DNA of 64,000 nucleotides from Eledone cirrhosa (lineage: Eukaryota). The translations under genes and the position numbers were made by a program. This document shows, piece by piece, positions 39,857 to 53,700 of the stretch. The stretch is taken from positions 192,758,001 through 192,822,000 of the forward strand of contig OZ024741.1 of NCBI GenBank assembly GCA_964016885.1. The letters run 5' to 3'. Position 1 is the stretch's first letter, and each line of letters begins with the position of its first letter. The notes under the pieces are model-generated. The model ran no database searches and was not told where the DNA came from. It worked only from the letters and a program-made list of their open reading frames with translations.

Positions 39857-39860
<4 letters not shown>
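39600..39860 (+). mobile_element. PLE pLTR-like element with hammerhead, same family as 46262-46735
   Basis: Colinear with 46502-46735 (CAGGGTATGTCATG...CTGATGAGGACGTACTG...GTTGAGTGCTTCC...GTAAAACTCATTCTTTGA); ends in (TA)n. Confidence 0.75.
39662..39714 (+). ncRNA. Type I hammerhead ribozyme
   Basis: Stem I ATTTTGT/ATAAAAT, CTGATGA, stem II GGACGTAC-tgtt-GTACATCC, GAAA, stem III AT-atgt-AT, cleavage triplet AUA. Confidence 0.85.
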
Positions 39861-39904
<44 letters not shown>

Positions 39905-40210
39905 TTAGTATATAGATATATATGCCCACGCGTATATAGAGATACATATATGCACATACAAATATATGTATAAATAGTTTTAAAAAGTTGTGTAAATAAA
40001 GGAGAACATATATTTGGCGGTGAAAATCTGAGAAATCAAAAAGTTATACCAATTTATCAAATCCTTTTTTGCTAAAAGAAAAACATACAAACATATATAT
40101 TTATGTATGCAAATATGTATGTGTATATATATAACGAAGGAAGTGTGGTAAGGAACCAGGTGGACCATAACGCACCAGACTACTCAATACTTTGGGTAGT
40201 AGAGTGGGTA

Positions 40211-40331
40211 ATAGGAAAATGTTGAAGAACCCCGACGGCAGAGCTGAAGCCGTCTCGACGGTTATTTCTGGCCAGAAATGACCATCGAAACGGCTTGAGC
40301 TCGTCTGTCGGGGTCTTGAACATTTTCCTAT
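40211..40331. repeat. ~120-bp imperfect palindrome centred on TGG|CCA
   Basis: ATAGGAAAATGTT.AAGA.CCCCGAC...GGTTATTTCTGG|CCAGAAATGACC...GTCGGGGTCTTGAACATTTTCCTAT. Confidence 0.85.
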
Positions 40332-40351
40332 ATGTATATATATATATATAT

Positions 40352-40412
<61 letters not shown>

Positions 40413-40437
40413 TATATATATACATTATAAATATGAG

Positions 40438-40515
<78 letters not shown>

Positions 40516-41332
40516 CATGCGTTTTATCTGTAGTATATAGATATGTATAAATGTACTTATACCTATTTTCTGGTGGTAGTAGTAGTAGTAGTAGTAGTTG
40601 CAGTAGCAGCAGCAGCAGCAGCAGTAGTATAGTAGTAGTAGTATTAGTACTTGTAGTTGTTGTCGTTGTTGTTGCTGGTGTTGTTGTTGAAGTTGTCCTT
40701 CTTGTAGAACTGCAGATAGAAATATTTTGGTTTGATCTCTTGCCGATATTTCATTCCAACTAAACTAAACTCTAATTTACCCTCCCACTCTCTCTTCTCT
40801 CGCCTATTGTCATTTACTCATCTCTACTGTCTTTCTATACCTGTGTGTCCCCCCCTCTCTTTGTGCCTATCTGTCGGTGTATGTGTATCTCTTTATCTCT
40901 CACACTCTCTCTCTAGCCTCATCTCTCTTCTATCTCTCTCTGTCCCTCTCTCTTATTTATCACCTGTAGTCATTTTTTTTTCATTTCTACAGCCTTTGTG
41001 CACCTGTTTGAATATCTCTCTCTCTATCTCTATCTATGTGTATAAACATCTATGTGTGTACGTGTGTACGTATGTATGTGTGTACGTGTGTACCTATGTG
41101 TGTGTGTGTGTATGTGTGTGTACGTGTGAACGTGTGCATCTTTCCCATTCTCAATTCATCTATATTTCGTATATGAATGTGTTTGTGTATGTGCGTATGC
41201 TTGTGCGTTTATCTCGGCCTGTGTGTGTGTCTGTATGTAGCTGTATCCATGTGTGTGTGTGTGTGTGTGTGTGCCTGTGTGTGTCCTTGTGTGTCTGTGT
41301 GGTTCTGTTGTCCACAGAAACCAGATCTATTT

Positions 41333-41390
<58 letters not shown>

Positions 41391-41464
41391 ATGAGTTTGT
41401 GTATATGTATGTGTGAATGTGTGAATACTGTGTAATTGTTCTGTTATCCACAGAAACCAAATTT

Positions 41465-42070
41465 ATACATATATATGTACATATATATGTATATGTACAT
41501 ATATATGTATATGTACATATATATGTATATGTACATATATATGTATATGTACATATATATGTATATGTACATATATATGTATATGTACATATATATGTAC
41601 ATATACATGTATATGTACATATATATGTATATGTACATATATATGTATATGTACATATATATGTATATGTACATATATATGTATATGTACATATATATGT
41701 ACATATACATGTATATGTACATATATATGTACATATACATGTATATGTACATATATATGTACATATATAGATGTACATATATGTATATGCACATATATGT
41801 GTACATATATATGTATATGTACATATATATGTACATATATATGTATATGTACATATATATGTACATATATATGTATAAGTACATATATATGTACATATAT
41901 ATGTATATATACATATATATGTACATATATATGTATATGTACATATATATGTACATATATATGTACATATATATGTATATGTACATATATATGTACATAT
42001 ATATGTACATATATATATGTATATGTACATATATATGTATATGTACATATATATGTACATATATATGTAT
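41465..42070. repeat. AT-rich minisatellite with 18- and 12-bp units (ACATATATATGTATATGT)
   Basis: Direct inspection; overlapping ORFs are repeat translations. Confidence 0.95.
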
Positions 42071-42709
42071 ATGCATAGACATACATTCTCATGTGTACCT
42101 GTATACACACATTCACTCACATACATATATGCAGTGCCTGTGTATATGTGTGTTCAAGTGTATATATGTGTGCAGACAATAATGTCTCTGTGAATGTATA
42201 TGTCAGTGTATTATTGCACACACACACGCCTACATAAATGCACACACCTACACACAAACATATTCACAAACAGAACGATACGCACACATAAATATATGCC
42301 TGCATACACATATACTACAAATACAACATAAATTTAAGATGCTTTGTCAAAGCCCTAATTACATAGATACATACACGCACATAAATTATAGGTAAATTGT
42401 TACACATACACACACATATATATACATTATAGACATTTTGTCAAACCCTCATGCATAAAGATATTTTTATATTTTGTGACAACAACCTCACTGATTGGTT
42501 CCTGAACAGTTGAAGAAATCCAGCAGCCATGGAGAGCTATTACATAAGGTTTGGGGGAATCAACAGCAATTAACATGAAGATATATTTAGCAATTCTCTC
42601 TCCATTTTAGCTTTCTGATGCTGCAAGCTGTATGGTTGCCATATTTTTCCCACGCCCTCACGCAACTCTATATTTCAATATTTTCATTATTTTATTCGGT
42701 TTAGGGATG

Positions 42710-43820
42710 GCGGATTGTCTTGGCAGAATCGGAGGAATAACGGACAAAAGTGTTATGTGGTAGATATTTTGTTAACGTCTTGTCCTCTTATTTCAAATAC
42801 CGTCCAAGCCATTTTTATATTTCATTGTGTGGATTCGTTAAAATAACTTCCATTCAAGTTCTGTGATTTATTTATAAAATGTTCCCGCCTACAAATTTGT
42901 TTGCATTGTGACAACGTTGAAATTATTATTAATATTAACTCGTAGGACAAGTGGAAATACTAGAAATTCTTATTTATTATTTTGATGCATATACTTATAG
43001 ATTTTCATAACATTGCTTCATTATGTTCTATATTTCGATTGTCTTCTACTTAGTTCCATAGTTACGTTTATTAAAAGCATAACACGTGAAGACGTGCTAA
43101 GCAGAATAATCTTTTGGATAAGACGATGATATTGCCGGATTGGCAGAAACGGTAGAATATCTGGCTAAATATCTTGTGGCGTTTAGTCCCGGCTCTTTAA
43201 GTGCAGAGTTTAAATCTCAACGATGTCAACTTTACTTTTTCACATTACGCGGTCAATTAGTACCAGTCAAGTACTGGAGTAATTTAATCGACTATACTGT
43301 CTCACAAATTCCTGGACTTATGTCAATATTCGAAATTAATATCAAGTAGGTGGTGTCTTTGCCTTTCATTTTTTCGGGATCGATAAAATAATGTACCAGT
43401 AAATTACCATAACTGATTTAATCAACTTTGCCCTTCGCCAAATCTGCTGGCCTTGTATCTAAATTAGAATACAATATACATTAGATGGTAGGCGAGATAA
43501 TCAGTAGAAGTTTTGATAAAATATCTTCAGTTTTGAGTAGCTGAGCCTAGTGACATCACCTTTACTGTTTATCCTTCACAAATCGATAACAAAGAATAAG
43601 TTAAGTACTGTGGTGGATATCATCGATGGTTACCTGCCTAAGGAGTAGAATTGTTCCAATGTTATAGGTCCTTTCTTTAAATCTGTTTGAAATTATGGCA
43701 GTGTAAAATGGTAAGGACGGTAGATGATATTCGTTTCCGCTCTTCTGTATTTTAAATTTAAGTCTCCTATGGTTACTTTCATTTTCTTTTTCCCTCTTGT
43801 GTCGATAAAATGAGCGTTAG
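42710..43820 (+). mobile_element. Cluster of old, diverged SINE copies of the 8018 family
   Basis: TGGCAGAA.CGG A-box-like and GAGTTTAAATC B-box-like motifs, with GATAAAATAA.GTACCAG and GCTGGCCTTGT remnants at ~42720, 43140, 43360 and 43560. Confidence 0.6.
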
Positions 43821-43859
43821 ACTTGTAGTTGTGGCACAGAATGAGTCTAATTTAAACGA

Positions 43860-44170
43860 AAATACTCCTTCATCCACACGTTTTCTAATAAAGCAATTAA
43901 TTTTAAGGAAGGCAAATGATAGAATCGAGATTGTCTAAAATGTTGGATTATGAGTATTAAAAATCTTTCGTCTATCATCATTTCGAAGATAATGATAATT
44001 AGACATGAGAAAATGACATTTTGATAAGGTATGGCGAAAGATGAAAGATAAACTGATTCTAGCAACCAAATAATTAAATAAGAAAGAACTGTTTGATGCA
44101 TGTGTTTAATACTGGCGAATATGACTCTACCAACAATATTTCAAGGTGATGGTGTTGATAGTTGGGGCAT
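43860..44170 (+). mobile_element. Very old LINE RT remnant
   Basis: Fragments FKEGK, LDMRK/FDKVWRK and IFQGD occur in RT motif order. Confidence 0.4.
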
Positions 44171-45029
44171 TAAAATTATGTGAGATATATACATTGAATC
44201 AATAAAGTACTGAGACTATATCTAAGCTTGTCTCTCTACACTCTGAGTTCAAACTATTTAGAGTTGAATTTATTTTTTGCAGTTATCAAGATAGGAGGTG
44301 TCTGGCTACGTACCCAGGTATGTTTATATACATGGCTGCAGACACTGTTGTTGTTTAATCCCATGTCAGTCCTAATCTTGCAGACATATGATACAAATAG
44401 CTCCAGCCATAGCCATTCTGTCTTCTTCTCTGACAAAGTGTATCTACGATGACATCTTACGTATACTTACGTTTTTTAAAGAACGAAGAGTGTCATTTGA
44501 ATGATATCGAGGAATATTTTTCGTATGCCAAGCGATTACATAGAGGCTGCATTAGCTGGCTTACTATAGGTGTGGATATGTGTTTAGAGATGTGGTTGTT
44601 AGGGAAGATGCGTACGGAAATGGGGCTGTTGCTATATATGTTGTGTTTATAGTTATGGTTATGGCTATAGAAGGTATGTATATAGTTAAGGTTATAGAAG
44701 ACCTGTTATAGTTGCAGCAATAGAAGTTATGTATAGTTATTGCTATAAAAGTTATTTATGTAGACGTGATAGTGGCAATAGAAGGTATGTATATAGATGT
44801 GGGTGTGGCAATAGAAGGTGTGTGTATATAGATATGGGTGTGACTATCGAAGTTGTGGCTATAGAATATGCGTATATATTTGGGATTGTGACAATAGAAA
44901 GTGTATAAAGTGCGATACAAATTACTAAATGCCAAAAGCCGAAGCCGAGTGTGTTCAATGCTTGGGTTAGCAGAGTTAAATATTGGAGAAGATTTAATAT
45001 TTAGTAGATTGTTCAAGCAGAGCAGGAAT

Positions 45030-46211
45030 AAGCAAATGTATGAATGAAGGAGTTACAAGCCGTTAAAACAAATTCTTTATATAAATCTTACATAATGTTT
45101 CGCCGACACGGGCTCCTCAGAGAAATGATTGTTTATATAATGTGATCAATAAATATAAATACCATTGAGAATCTTTCCATTACATTAACGTCTCCTTGCA
45201 TGGTAGCCAAAAAAATAATAATGGCATCGGTGAAAGGGGCATAATCCACTAAGGGAGGCAACTGCACGATGTAAGGCAGTAAAATACCCTAGAATATTTA
45301 GTATATCCCAGTTAAAGGGATGGTTTAGCAGGGTGAGCCTAACTCAGTAGGTAATGGGCAGAGCTTAGGCAAAAATCAGGTGGCTGGTTAATAGCGTTGT
45401 TAAATACTGTACTTAGCCTAATTATTGCAGGAAAGACTTAATGGTGGTGTGATGTAGATAGCTGTGGGGATATGTTATTACTGTACTAGAGACCAGTTGT
45501 AGAACGAGTGTTGTAGTCTGTGGCTGCAATTTATGACCGTTTCAGCCCGACTATTAATGAGTTCAAGGGGTGAGCTTACTATATAATATGTTTCCATTAG
45601 GCACAGCTGGCAATTTTTCCTACTGATGTAAGGCGTTGCTTGATCTACTATTCCCCATTGTGAGGTGTATCTAATGTTAGATTCAATTAATAGTGTAATA
45701 TAATTAGCAAGGAAGGTAGAGAACCTGAGTTTTTTTTATTTCTAAAGGAGTGGAGATGCGATCTAAATCTAGTCTTGAACTCATTAGAAGTGGCGCCTAT
45801 GTGCCATTTTTACTCGTCGCGGTGCATTTGTAGATTACATTTCTAATCAAGCAGTGGCCATGGAGCGGACAGTTGTTGGGCTTTTGGCAATTGTAATGCT
45901 TTTTGTTGCTATTTCTAATGAGGTGAGGTTTGCTGCTATCATTACTACTATCATTACCACTATCACCATTGATCACAAATGTAACTTTAATGAAAACCCC
46001 ACTTTTAGGTTAATATGCCCCTCCACCTCTGATATAGGTAGAAATAGGGTATAGAAATGGCTTCTGCAGCACTAGAACTGCTTCATTCGAATGAAACAAT
46101 TCTAGCCTGTAGATGCTATTTCTATATACATTTTTGTATACACTCTACTAATGTATTGCGTGCCTTAGTTACTATGGTTACCCCAATTGAACCTTAAACT
46201 TTAATCTGTCC

Positions 46212-46215
<4 letters not shown>
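45030..46215 (-). mobile_element. Penelope-like element 3' part (GIY-YIG endonuclease plus pLTR with hammerhead)
   Basis: The reverse strand reads WHIGATSNEFKTRFRSHLHSFRNKK, QLCLMETYY and LINSRAETVINCSH. A hammerhead lies at 45086-45123. Confidence 0.75.
45086..45123 (-). ncRNA. Minimal type I hammerhead ribozyme
   Basis: TCT-CTGAGGA-GCC cgtgtc GGC-GAAA-CATTATG-TA-AGA; cleavage triplet GUA. Confidence 0.75.
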
Positions 46216-46256
<41 letters not shown>

Positions 46257-46310
46257 ATATATATATTAATTCAAAATTTTAACAAAATTAGACATTCGTG
46301 TGATCAAGTA

Positions 46311-46377
46311 TATTTTATTATACATATTTCAGAGGCACTGAGCTAACTTCAACAGTACGTGCTCATCAGATAAAATA
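46311..46377 (-). ncRNA. Type I hammerhead ribozyme, left arm (weakened stem II base)
   Basis: TATTTTAT-CTGATGA-GCACGTACTG..CAGTGCCTCT-GAAA-TATGTA-TA-ATAAAATA. Confidence 0.7.
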
Positions 46378-46523
46378 AGATGATGCATGACATACCCTGA
46401 CATAGTAGATGGTTAAGATTCAGTCATGGTAGTGAATAAGATATGACAAAACTCAATATTTATATACCTAGGTATATAAATAATATGTTTATATACCTAA
46501 ACAGGGTATGTCATGCATCATCT

Positions 46524-46590
46524 TATTTTATCTGATGAGGACGTACTGTTGAAGTTTGCTCAGTACCTCTGAAATATGTATAATAAAATA
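46524..46590 (+). ncRNA. Type I hammerhead ribozyme, right arm
   Basis: Stem I TATTTTAT/ATAAAATA (8 bp), CTGATGA, stem II GGACGTACTG/CAGTACCTCT, GAAA, AT-atgt-AT, cleavage triplet AUA. Confidence 0.82.
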
Positions 46591-46839
46591 TACTTGATCA
46601 CGCGAATGTCTATTTTTGTTAATATTTTGAATTAATATTAATAACTCCGGAAAACCAAATCTGTTGAGTGCTTCCATCTATTGTAAAACTCATTCTTTGA
46701 TTTAATCATTGAACCTTGTTTAACCTTTAAATATATATATATATATATATACATGTGTATATAAAACATATGTATACGCACATATATATATATATATACA
46801 TATCTACAAACACACGTATATGCACAAAAATCTATATAT

Positions 46840-46905
<66 letters not shown>

Positions 46906-47287
46906 CCACTCATATATATCTATATACACGTACATGCATACACACAGACACATAGATATATACATACACATGAACATACGCATACACACATTGTATTTAC
47001 CAAGTAACAACGCACAGGGAATTTCATTGACATTCAAGTAAAAGACATGAAGTTGTGCAGAGGGGGTGGGGTGGAATTAAAGCTTATGATAGGCGGGAGT
47101 GGGTGTTCATTGAGAGTATATGACACTATGTGCATGCGTGTATGTGGTGACTACGTTATACTGTCTTTTTCTGTCTGTGTGCACATGTATATATGTGTAT
47201 TCGTGTGTATTGAAGTGGGCAATGGAAAGTGCTTTTGGAAAATGTGGTTTGTAGTGGCGGGAACCGCATCAAAAATGTCAGTGTGTC

Positions 47288-47483
47288 CTCTTCTTCTTCT
47301 TCTTCTTCTTCTTCTTCTTCTTCTTCTTCTTCTTCTTCTTCGTCTTCTTCTTCTTCTCCTCCTCCTCCCCTCCTCCTCCTCCATCTTGCCATTTCTTTCA
47401 TCTGCTTCTAATTCAGTTTATTCTTCCAATGCATTTCTTTTTGTTTCACCCCCATCACCACCACCACTACCACCACCACCACC

Positions 47484-47514
<31 letters not shown>

Positions 47515-47990
47515 CCACCAGCAACCCACCCTCACCATCACCCCCCACCACCACCACCTGTCACCCACCCTAACCATCACCACCACCACCACCACCACGA
47601 CCAACAACCCACCCTCACCACCACCAGCAACCAACCCTCACCACCCTCACTACCACCAGCAACCCATCCTCACCATCACCCCCACCACCACCACCGGCCA
47701 CCCACCCTAACCATCACCACCACCACCAGCAACCCACCCTCATCACCCTCACCACCACCAGCAACTCACCTCACCATCACCACCACCACCACCATCAGCA
47801 ACCCCCCCTCACCATCACCACCACCACCACCAGCAACCCCCCCCCTCACCATCATCACCACCACTACCAGCAACCCACATCACCATCACCACCACCAGCC
47901 CCCCCCCCCCATCACCACCACCAGCACCCCACCCTCACCATCACCACCACCAGCAACCCACCCTCACCACCACCACCACCACCACCATCC
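47288..47990. repeat. (CTT)n and degenerate (CAC)n/(CCA)n tracts
   Basis: Direct inspection. Confidence 0.9.
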
Positions 47991-48689
47991 CATTATCATT
48001 ATTGTGGCTATTGTACTTGAAAACAGAAATATTTGACTTGATGATATTTATAATATTTGATGCAAGGCATATGGGAGTGTGCGTTTATTTAAAACTAAGG
48101 ATGGTGTGAGAGGGAAGGCAGGGCTCGCGCGCTGCATGTTTGTTTAGAATATAGTATCGGAATACAGGGGAATACAGGGAATACAGAAGAAAGGCAAGGG
48201 CGGCAGCTAGGTATATAGGCTCTGACGAAAACCATTTACTCGTAGTAACATTATAGGGAAAACATGAGCGGGAAAGAGACCTGCAACCGCATGTCGTCGG
48301 ATGTGAGCTGCATGAACCTTCAGGTCTTAATGTCTCCTCAAAAGACCACAAAACGTTTCGAGGATTATACCACATTAGCGGACCGAAGAAGAGTTCAATA
48401 GGATGCTGACGCAGGGCAGAAGCTTCCTCTGCTAAGTGTGCTGGATCCACATCAGGACCTACAGTCCAACTTTTGGGAAGAATGAAAAAGAAAGTGGAGA
48501 AAAATAGATATTGTCAGACGATCATGGCTGTGGTCCCAGCAACACTGGCCGAAATTCCAAGGATAACCACAGAGAAATCAAATGGTATCACTTTTATTTC
48601 TTATCAATTCAAAGGCTCCTTTGAAGGTGGTTACCATAGTGATTGTGTGAGATGATTCCTCTATCATACCTAGCTGAAGTCTCTAAAGT

Positions 48690-48962
48690 CTAAAATCTGT
48701 CTCGAGCCCGGAGGCTCATCAGGCCGGTGCTTATTCCGGTTTCATGGCGTTAAGAGACTGAGAGTACAAGACTTCCCCCTGGAGAGGGCGACAGACCATG
48801 GCACGGTTCAACTCCCGGCTATTGCCGGTACTCATTTTCAGTTGAGTATACTGGAGCAGCGTGAAATGAAGTGTTTTGCCCAAGAACACAACACACAACC
48901 CAGTCCAGTGATCGAACCCACAATGCTATGGTCCAACACCCTTACCACTAGGCCACGCGCTT
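48690..48962 (-). mobile_element. tRNA-derived CORE-type SINE (second family)
   Basis: Reverse strand: A-box TGGCCTAGTGG, B-box GGTTCGATCAC, CORE-like GTGTTCTTGGGCAAAACACTTCATTTCAC, then AAAATGAGTACCGGC. Confidence 0.8.
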
Positions 48963-49206
48963 CCTCACTGAGAAGGAGGGGGGGGGGGGATTACACATGA
49001 TGTCAGCCCGGTGAACAATTGTCCGTATAGCGGCATTAATTCCGACAACAACAACAACAACTAATATAAACAATATTGAGTATAGTAGCATTAATAAAAT
49101 TGATAGTTATAATGTACATTAATGAAGGCACGTGATTTTGGGGTGGTGTGCTTGGATCACGTTCGGGTGTACGTGAGCTCGATTTCCGACGGCGGGTTGT
49201 GTCCTT

Positions 49207-49585
49207 TATCTCTCCATATATAAAACGGAGGATGTCTGTCTGTGTAAATACCTAACAGTCGAGAAGTACCCGACCGATTTTTTCAAACTTTACACATGCG
49301 TTACTTATATTTCTTAAAGTGCAATAGGCTAAAACAATTTAACTTTTTCTGCCCGCATTTTAAGGCATTTTTAGGCTTTTTTGAGGCGTAACTTAAAGAT
49401 AATCCATCCGATTTCTTCGAAATTTGCAGTACACATTAGTTAGTCTCCTAGCATTGCTATGGACAAAAAAGATTTCCGATTCCATTAATGGTTCCTAGGA
49501 AATTTACGAATTAGCATTGAGCATTACATGTCATTTTCATTTTCAATATAAACGCTACCCAAGCATCGTAAGTAGCGTATAATAT
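49207..49585 (+). mobile_element. Putative non-autonomous Helitron-like insert
   Basis: Starts ATCTCTCCATATATAAAAC followed by (GTCT)n, contains CCGATTTTTTCAAACTT, and has a subterminal hairpin ACGCTAC..GTAGCGT. It interrupts a SINE-like head. No canonical CTAG end is seen. Confidence 0.35.
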
Positions 49586-49689
49586 TTCGTTAAAAATTTG
49601 GTTTATTTAACAGAGGACACAGCACTTAGTTTATTTAACAGAGGATACAGCACTTACTTACTTTTAATAAAGCTCTGGTCAAGTATTAC

Positions 49690-50205
49690 TCATGTTAATA
49701 AAGCTCTGGTCAAGTATTGGGCTCGATGTAATCGACTTCCTATTTCCCTCAAATTGCTGGCTAGGTGTCTAAATTCGAAATCCTTATTATATCTAAGGAA
49801 GGGCGATATATTAGCAGAATCGTTAGAGCGTTGAATAAAATGCGTTCTGTCCCGGTTCTTTACGTTCTTGTTCCAAGCACACAGTTTTCAACTTTGCCCT
49901 TCATTCTTCTAGGACGGGGTTAATAAAGTACAAATCACGATTTACTGTCGACTAACACCTTCCTCAATTACTGGCATTGGGCCTATGTTAGAAAGGAAGA
50001 CATTCATTACTAGATATATAGCCCCCTATGTAAGGAGAATAATAATTTTGATGGGGTTTTGTGGGTTATTATTTTTTTTCTATTATCAGACACCATGCCT
50101 TGCAGCATAGAGTTCTGAGTTCAAATCTCGCCGAGGTCGATAAAATAAAATACCAGTAATGCACTAGGGTAATTGCTGGCCTTGTGCCAAATGTAGAGAC
50201 AATTT
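49690..50205 (+). mobile_element. Diverged and partial SINE copies of the 8018 family
   Basis: GAGTTCAAATCTCGCCGAGGTCGATAAAATAAAATACCAGTAATGCAC..GCTGGCCTTGTGCC at 50110-50200. Confidence 0.7.
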
Positions 50206-50364
50206 TTTTTCTACTATCACTACTGTTAAAGTGGCTACCATGGTGATTGTAAGAAATGATTCCTCCCGCCATCATTTGATTATATCCGTTTCTCTGCTAA
50301 GGAGGGAGAGAAATGCATAAACTGTAAATCTGGTGAACAATTGTCCATAAAGCGGCAATGATTA

Positions 50365-50580
<216 letters not shown>

Positions 50581-50714
50581 GAACAATAACGAGTATAGTA
50601 GCATGAATAAAATTGATATTTATAATTTACGAAGACTAATTATTAATTAGACTTTGTAAATTATAAATATCAAATTAGTAATTAAAAACTACAATAAGAA
50701 TTAGAATGTTGTTA

Positions 50715-53700
50715 GGGTGGTATGGTGGTAGTGCTGGTAGTAGTAGGATGATAGCAGTATGATAGTGGTATGGTGGTGGTAGTAGTAGGATGATAGCAGT
50801 ATGATAGTGGTATGGCGTGGTAGTGGTGATAGTGGTGGCGAAAATGGTAGCTGTGTTGTTAGTAGTGATAATAGTGGTAGTGGAGGTGATACTGGTGGTA
50901 GTGGTGGTGGTGATAGTGGAGATAGTGGTGGTGGTGATAGTGATAATGGTGGTGGTAGCGGTGATAGTGGTAATAGTTGTGATGGTGGTGGTGATAGTGT
51001 TGATGATAATGGTGATGATGGTGATAATAGTGTTGATGATAGTGGTGATGGTGGTGGTGATAGTGTTGCTGATAATGGTGATGGTGGTGGTGATAGTGTT
51101 GATGATAATGGTGATGGTGGTGGTGATAGTGTTGATGATAATGGTGATGGTGGTGGTGATAGTGTTGATGATAATGGTAATGGTGGTGGCGATAGTGTTG
51201 ATGATAATGGTGATGGTGGTGGTGATAGTGTTGATGATAATGGTGATGGTGGTGGCGATAGTGTTGATGATAGTGGTGATGGTGGTGGTGATAGTGTTGA
51301 TGATAATGGTGATGGTGGTGGTGATAGTGTTGATGATAATGGTGATGGTGGTGGTGATAGTGTTGATGATAATGGTGATGGTGGTGGTGATAGTGTTGAT
51401 GATAATGGTGATGGTGGTGGTGATAGTGTTGATGATAATGGTGATGATGGTGATGATAGTGTTGATGGTAATGGTGATGATGGTGGTGATAGTGTTGATG
51501 ATAGTGGTGATGGTGGTGGTGATAGTGTTGATGATAATGGTGATGGTGGTGGTGATAGTGTTGATGATAATGGTGATGATGGTGGTGATAGTGTTGATGG
51601 TAATGGTGATGGTGGTGGTGATAGTGTTGATGGTAATGGTGGTGGTGGTGGTGGTAGTGTTGATGATAGTGGTGATGGTGGTGGTGGTGATAGTGTTGAT
51701 GATAATGGTGATGATGGTGGTGATAGTGTTGATGATAATGGTGATGATGGTGGTGATAGTGTTGATGATAGTGGTGATGGTGGTGGTGGTGATAGTGTTG
51801 ATGATAATGGTGATGATGGTGGTGGTGATAGTGTTGATGATAATGGTGATGGTGATGATGATGATAGTGTTGATGATAGTGGTGATGGTGGTGGTGGTGA
51901 TAGTGTTGATGATAATGGTGATGATGGTGATAGTGTTGATGATAATGGTGATGATGGTGATAGTGTTGATGATAATGGTGATGATGGTGATGATAGTGTT
52001 GATGATAATGGTGATGGTGGTGGTGATAGTGTTGATGGTAATGGTGATGGTGGTGGTGGTGATAGTGTTGATGATAATGGTGATGATGGTGGTGGTGATA
52101 GTGTTGATGATAATGGTGATGATGGTGATGATAGTGTTGATGGTAATGGTGATGGTGGTGGTGGTAGTGTAGATGGTAATGGTGGTGATGGTGATGATAG
52201 TGTTGATGATAGTGGTGATGATGGTGGTGATAGTGTTGATGATAATGGTGATGATGGTGATAGTGTTGATGATAATGGTGATGGTGGTGGTGATAGTGTT
52301 GATGACAATGGTGATGGTGGTGGTGATAGTGTTGATGATAGTGGTGATGGTGGTGGTGATAGTGTTAATGATAATGGTGATGATGGTGATGATAGTGTTG
52401 ATGGTAATGGTGATGGTGGTGGTGGTAGTGTTGATGATAATGGTGATGATGGTGGTGATAGTGTTGATGATAATGGTGATGGTGGTGGTGATAGTGTTGA
52501 TGGTAATGGTGATGATGGTGGTGATAGTGTTGATGATAATGGTGATGGTGGTGGTGATAGTGTTGATGGTAATGGTGATGGTGGTGGTGATAGTGTTGAT
52601 GGTAATGGTGATGGTGGTGGTGATAGTGTTGATGATAATGGTGATGATGGTGGTGATAGTGTTTATGATAATGGTGATGGTGGTGGTGATAGTGTTGATG
52701 ATAATGGTGATGGTGGTGGTGATAGTGTTGATGATAGTGGTGATGGTGGTGGTGATAGTGTTGATGATAGTGGTGATGGTGGTGGTGATAGTGTTGATGA
52801 TAGTGGTGATGGTGGTGGTGATAGTGTTGATGATAATGGTGATGGTGGTGGTGATAGTGTTGATGGTAATGGTGATGGTGGTGGTGATAGTGTTGATGAT
52901 AGTGGTGATGGTGGTGGTGATAGTGTTGATGGTAATGGTGATGGTGGTGGTGATAGTGTTGATGGTAATGGTGATGGTGGTGGTGATAGTGTTGATGATA
53001 ATGGTGATGATGGTGGTGGTGATAGTGTTGATGATAATGGTGATGGTGGTGGTGATAGTGTTGATGATAATGGTGATGATGGTGGTGATAGTGTTGATGA
53101 TAATGGTGATGGTGGTGGTGGTGATAGTGTTGATGATAGTGGTGATGGTGGTGGTGATAGTGTTGATGGTAATGGTGATGGTGGTGGTGATAGTGTTGAT
53201 GGTAATGGTGATGATGGTGGTGATAGTGTTGATGGTAATGGTGATGGTGGTGGTGATAGTGTTGATGGTAATGGTGATGATGGTGGTGATAGTGTTGATG
53301 ATAATGGTGATGGTGGTGGTGATAGTGTTGATGATAATGGTGATGGTGGTGGTGATAGTGTTGATGGTAATGGTGATGGTGGTGGTGATAGTGTTGATGG
53401 TAATGGTGATGATGGTGTTGATAGTGTTGATGATAATGGTGATGGTGGTGGTGGTGATAGTGTTGATGATAGTGGTGATGGTGGTGTGATAGTGTTGATG
53501 ATAATGGTGATGGTGGTGGTGGTGATAGTGTTGATGATAGTGGTGATGGTGGTGGTGATAGTGTTGATGGTAATGGTGATGGTGTTGATGGTAATGGTGA
53601 TGGTGGTGGTGATAGTGTTGATGGTAATGGTGATGCTGGTGGTGATAGCGTTGATGATGGTGGTGATAGTGTTGATGATAATGGTGATGGTGGTGGTGAT

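Larger units (their letters stand above)
46262..46735. mobile_element. Inverted pair of hammerhead-bearing pLTRs in (TA)n
   Basis: 46262-46399 is the near-exact reverse complement of 46502-46638. The spacer contains the palindrome ATTTATATACCTAGGTATATAAAT. Confidence 0.85.

Noticed and set aside
41335-42182. Overlapping YI/CT/HV repeat ORFs
   Set aside because: AT-rich minisatellite artefacts.
42480-42660. Unique-looking island as a possible exon or transposon end
   Set aside because: No sustained ORF, splice pair or partner TIR was found.
44228-44652. Candidate exon with a minus-strand GTAAGT donor near 44470
   Set aside because: All three frames upstream of the donor contain stops and no motif was recognised.
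47047-48036. 329-aa Leu/Pro/His-rich ORF resembling a secreted extensin-like protein
   Set aside because: It is built from (CTT)n and (CAC)n microsatellites.
48060-48660. Possible PLE or hammerhead relic and a 121-aa ORF
   Set aside because: Only CGAAACG is retained, with no convincing core or protein motif.
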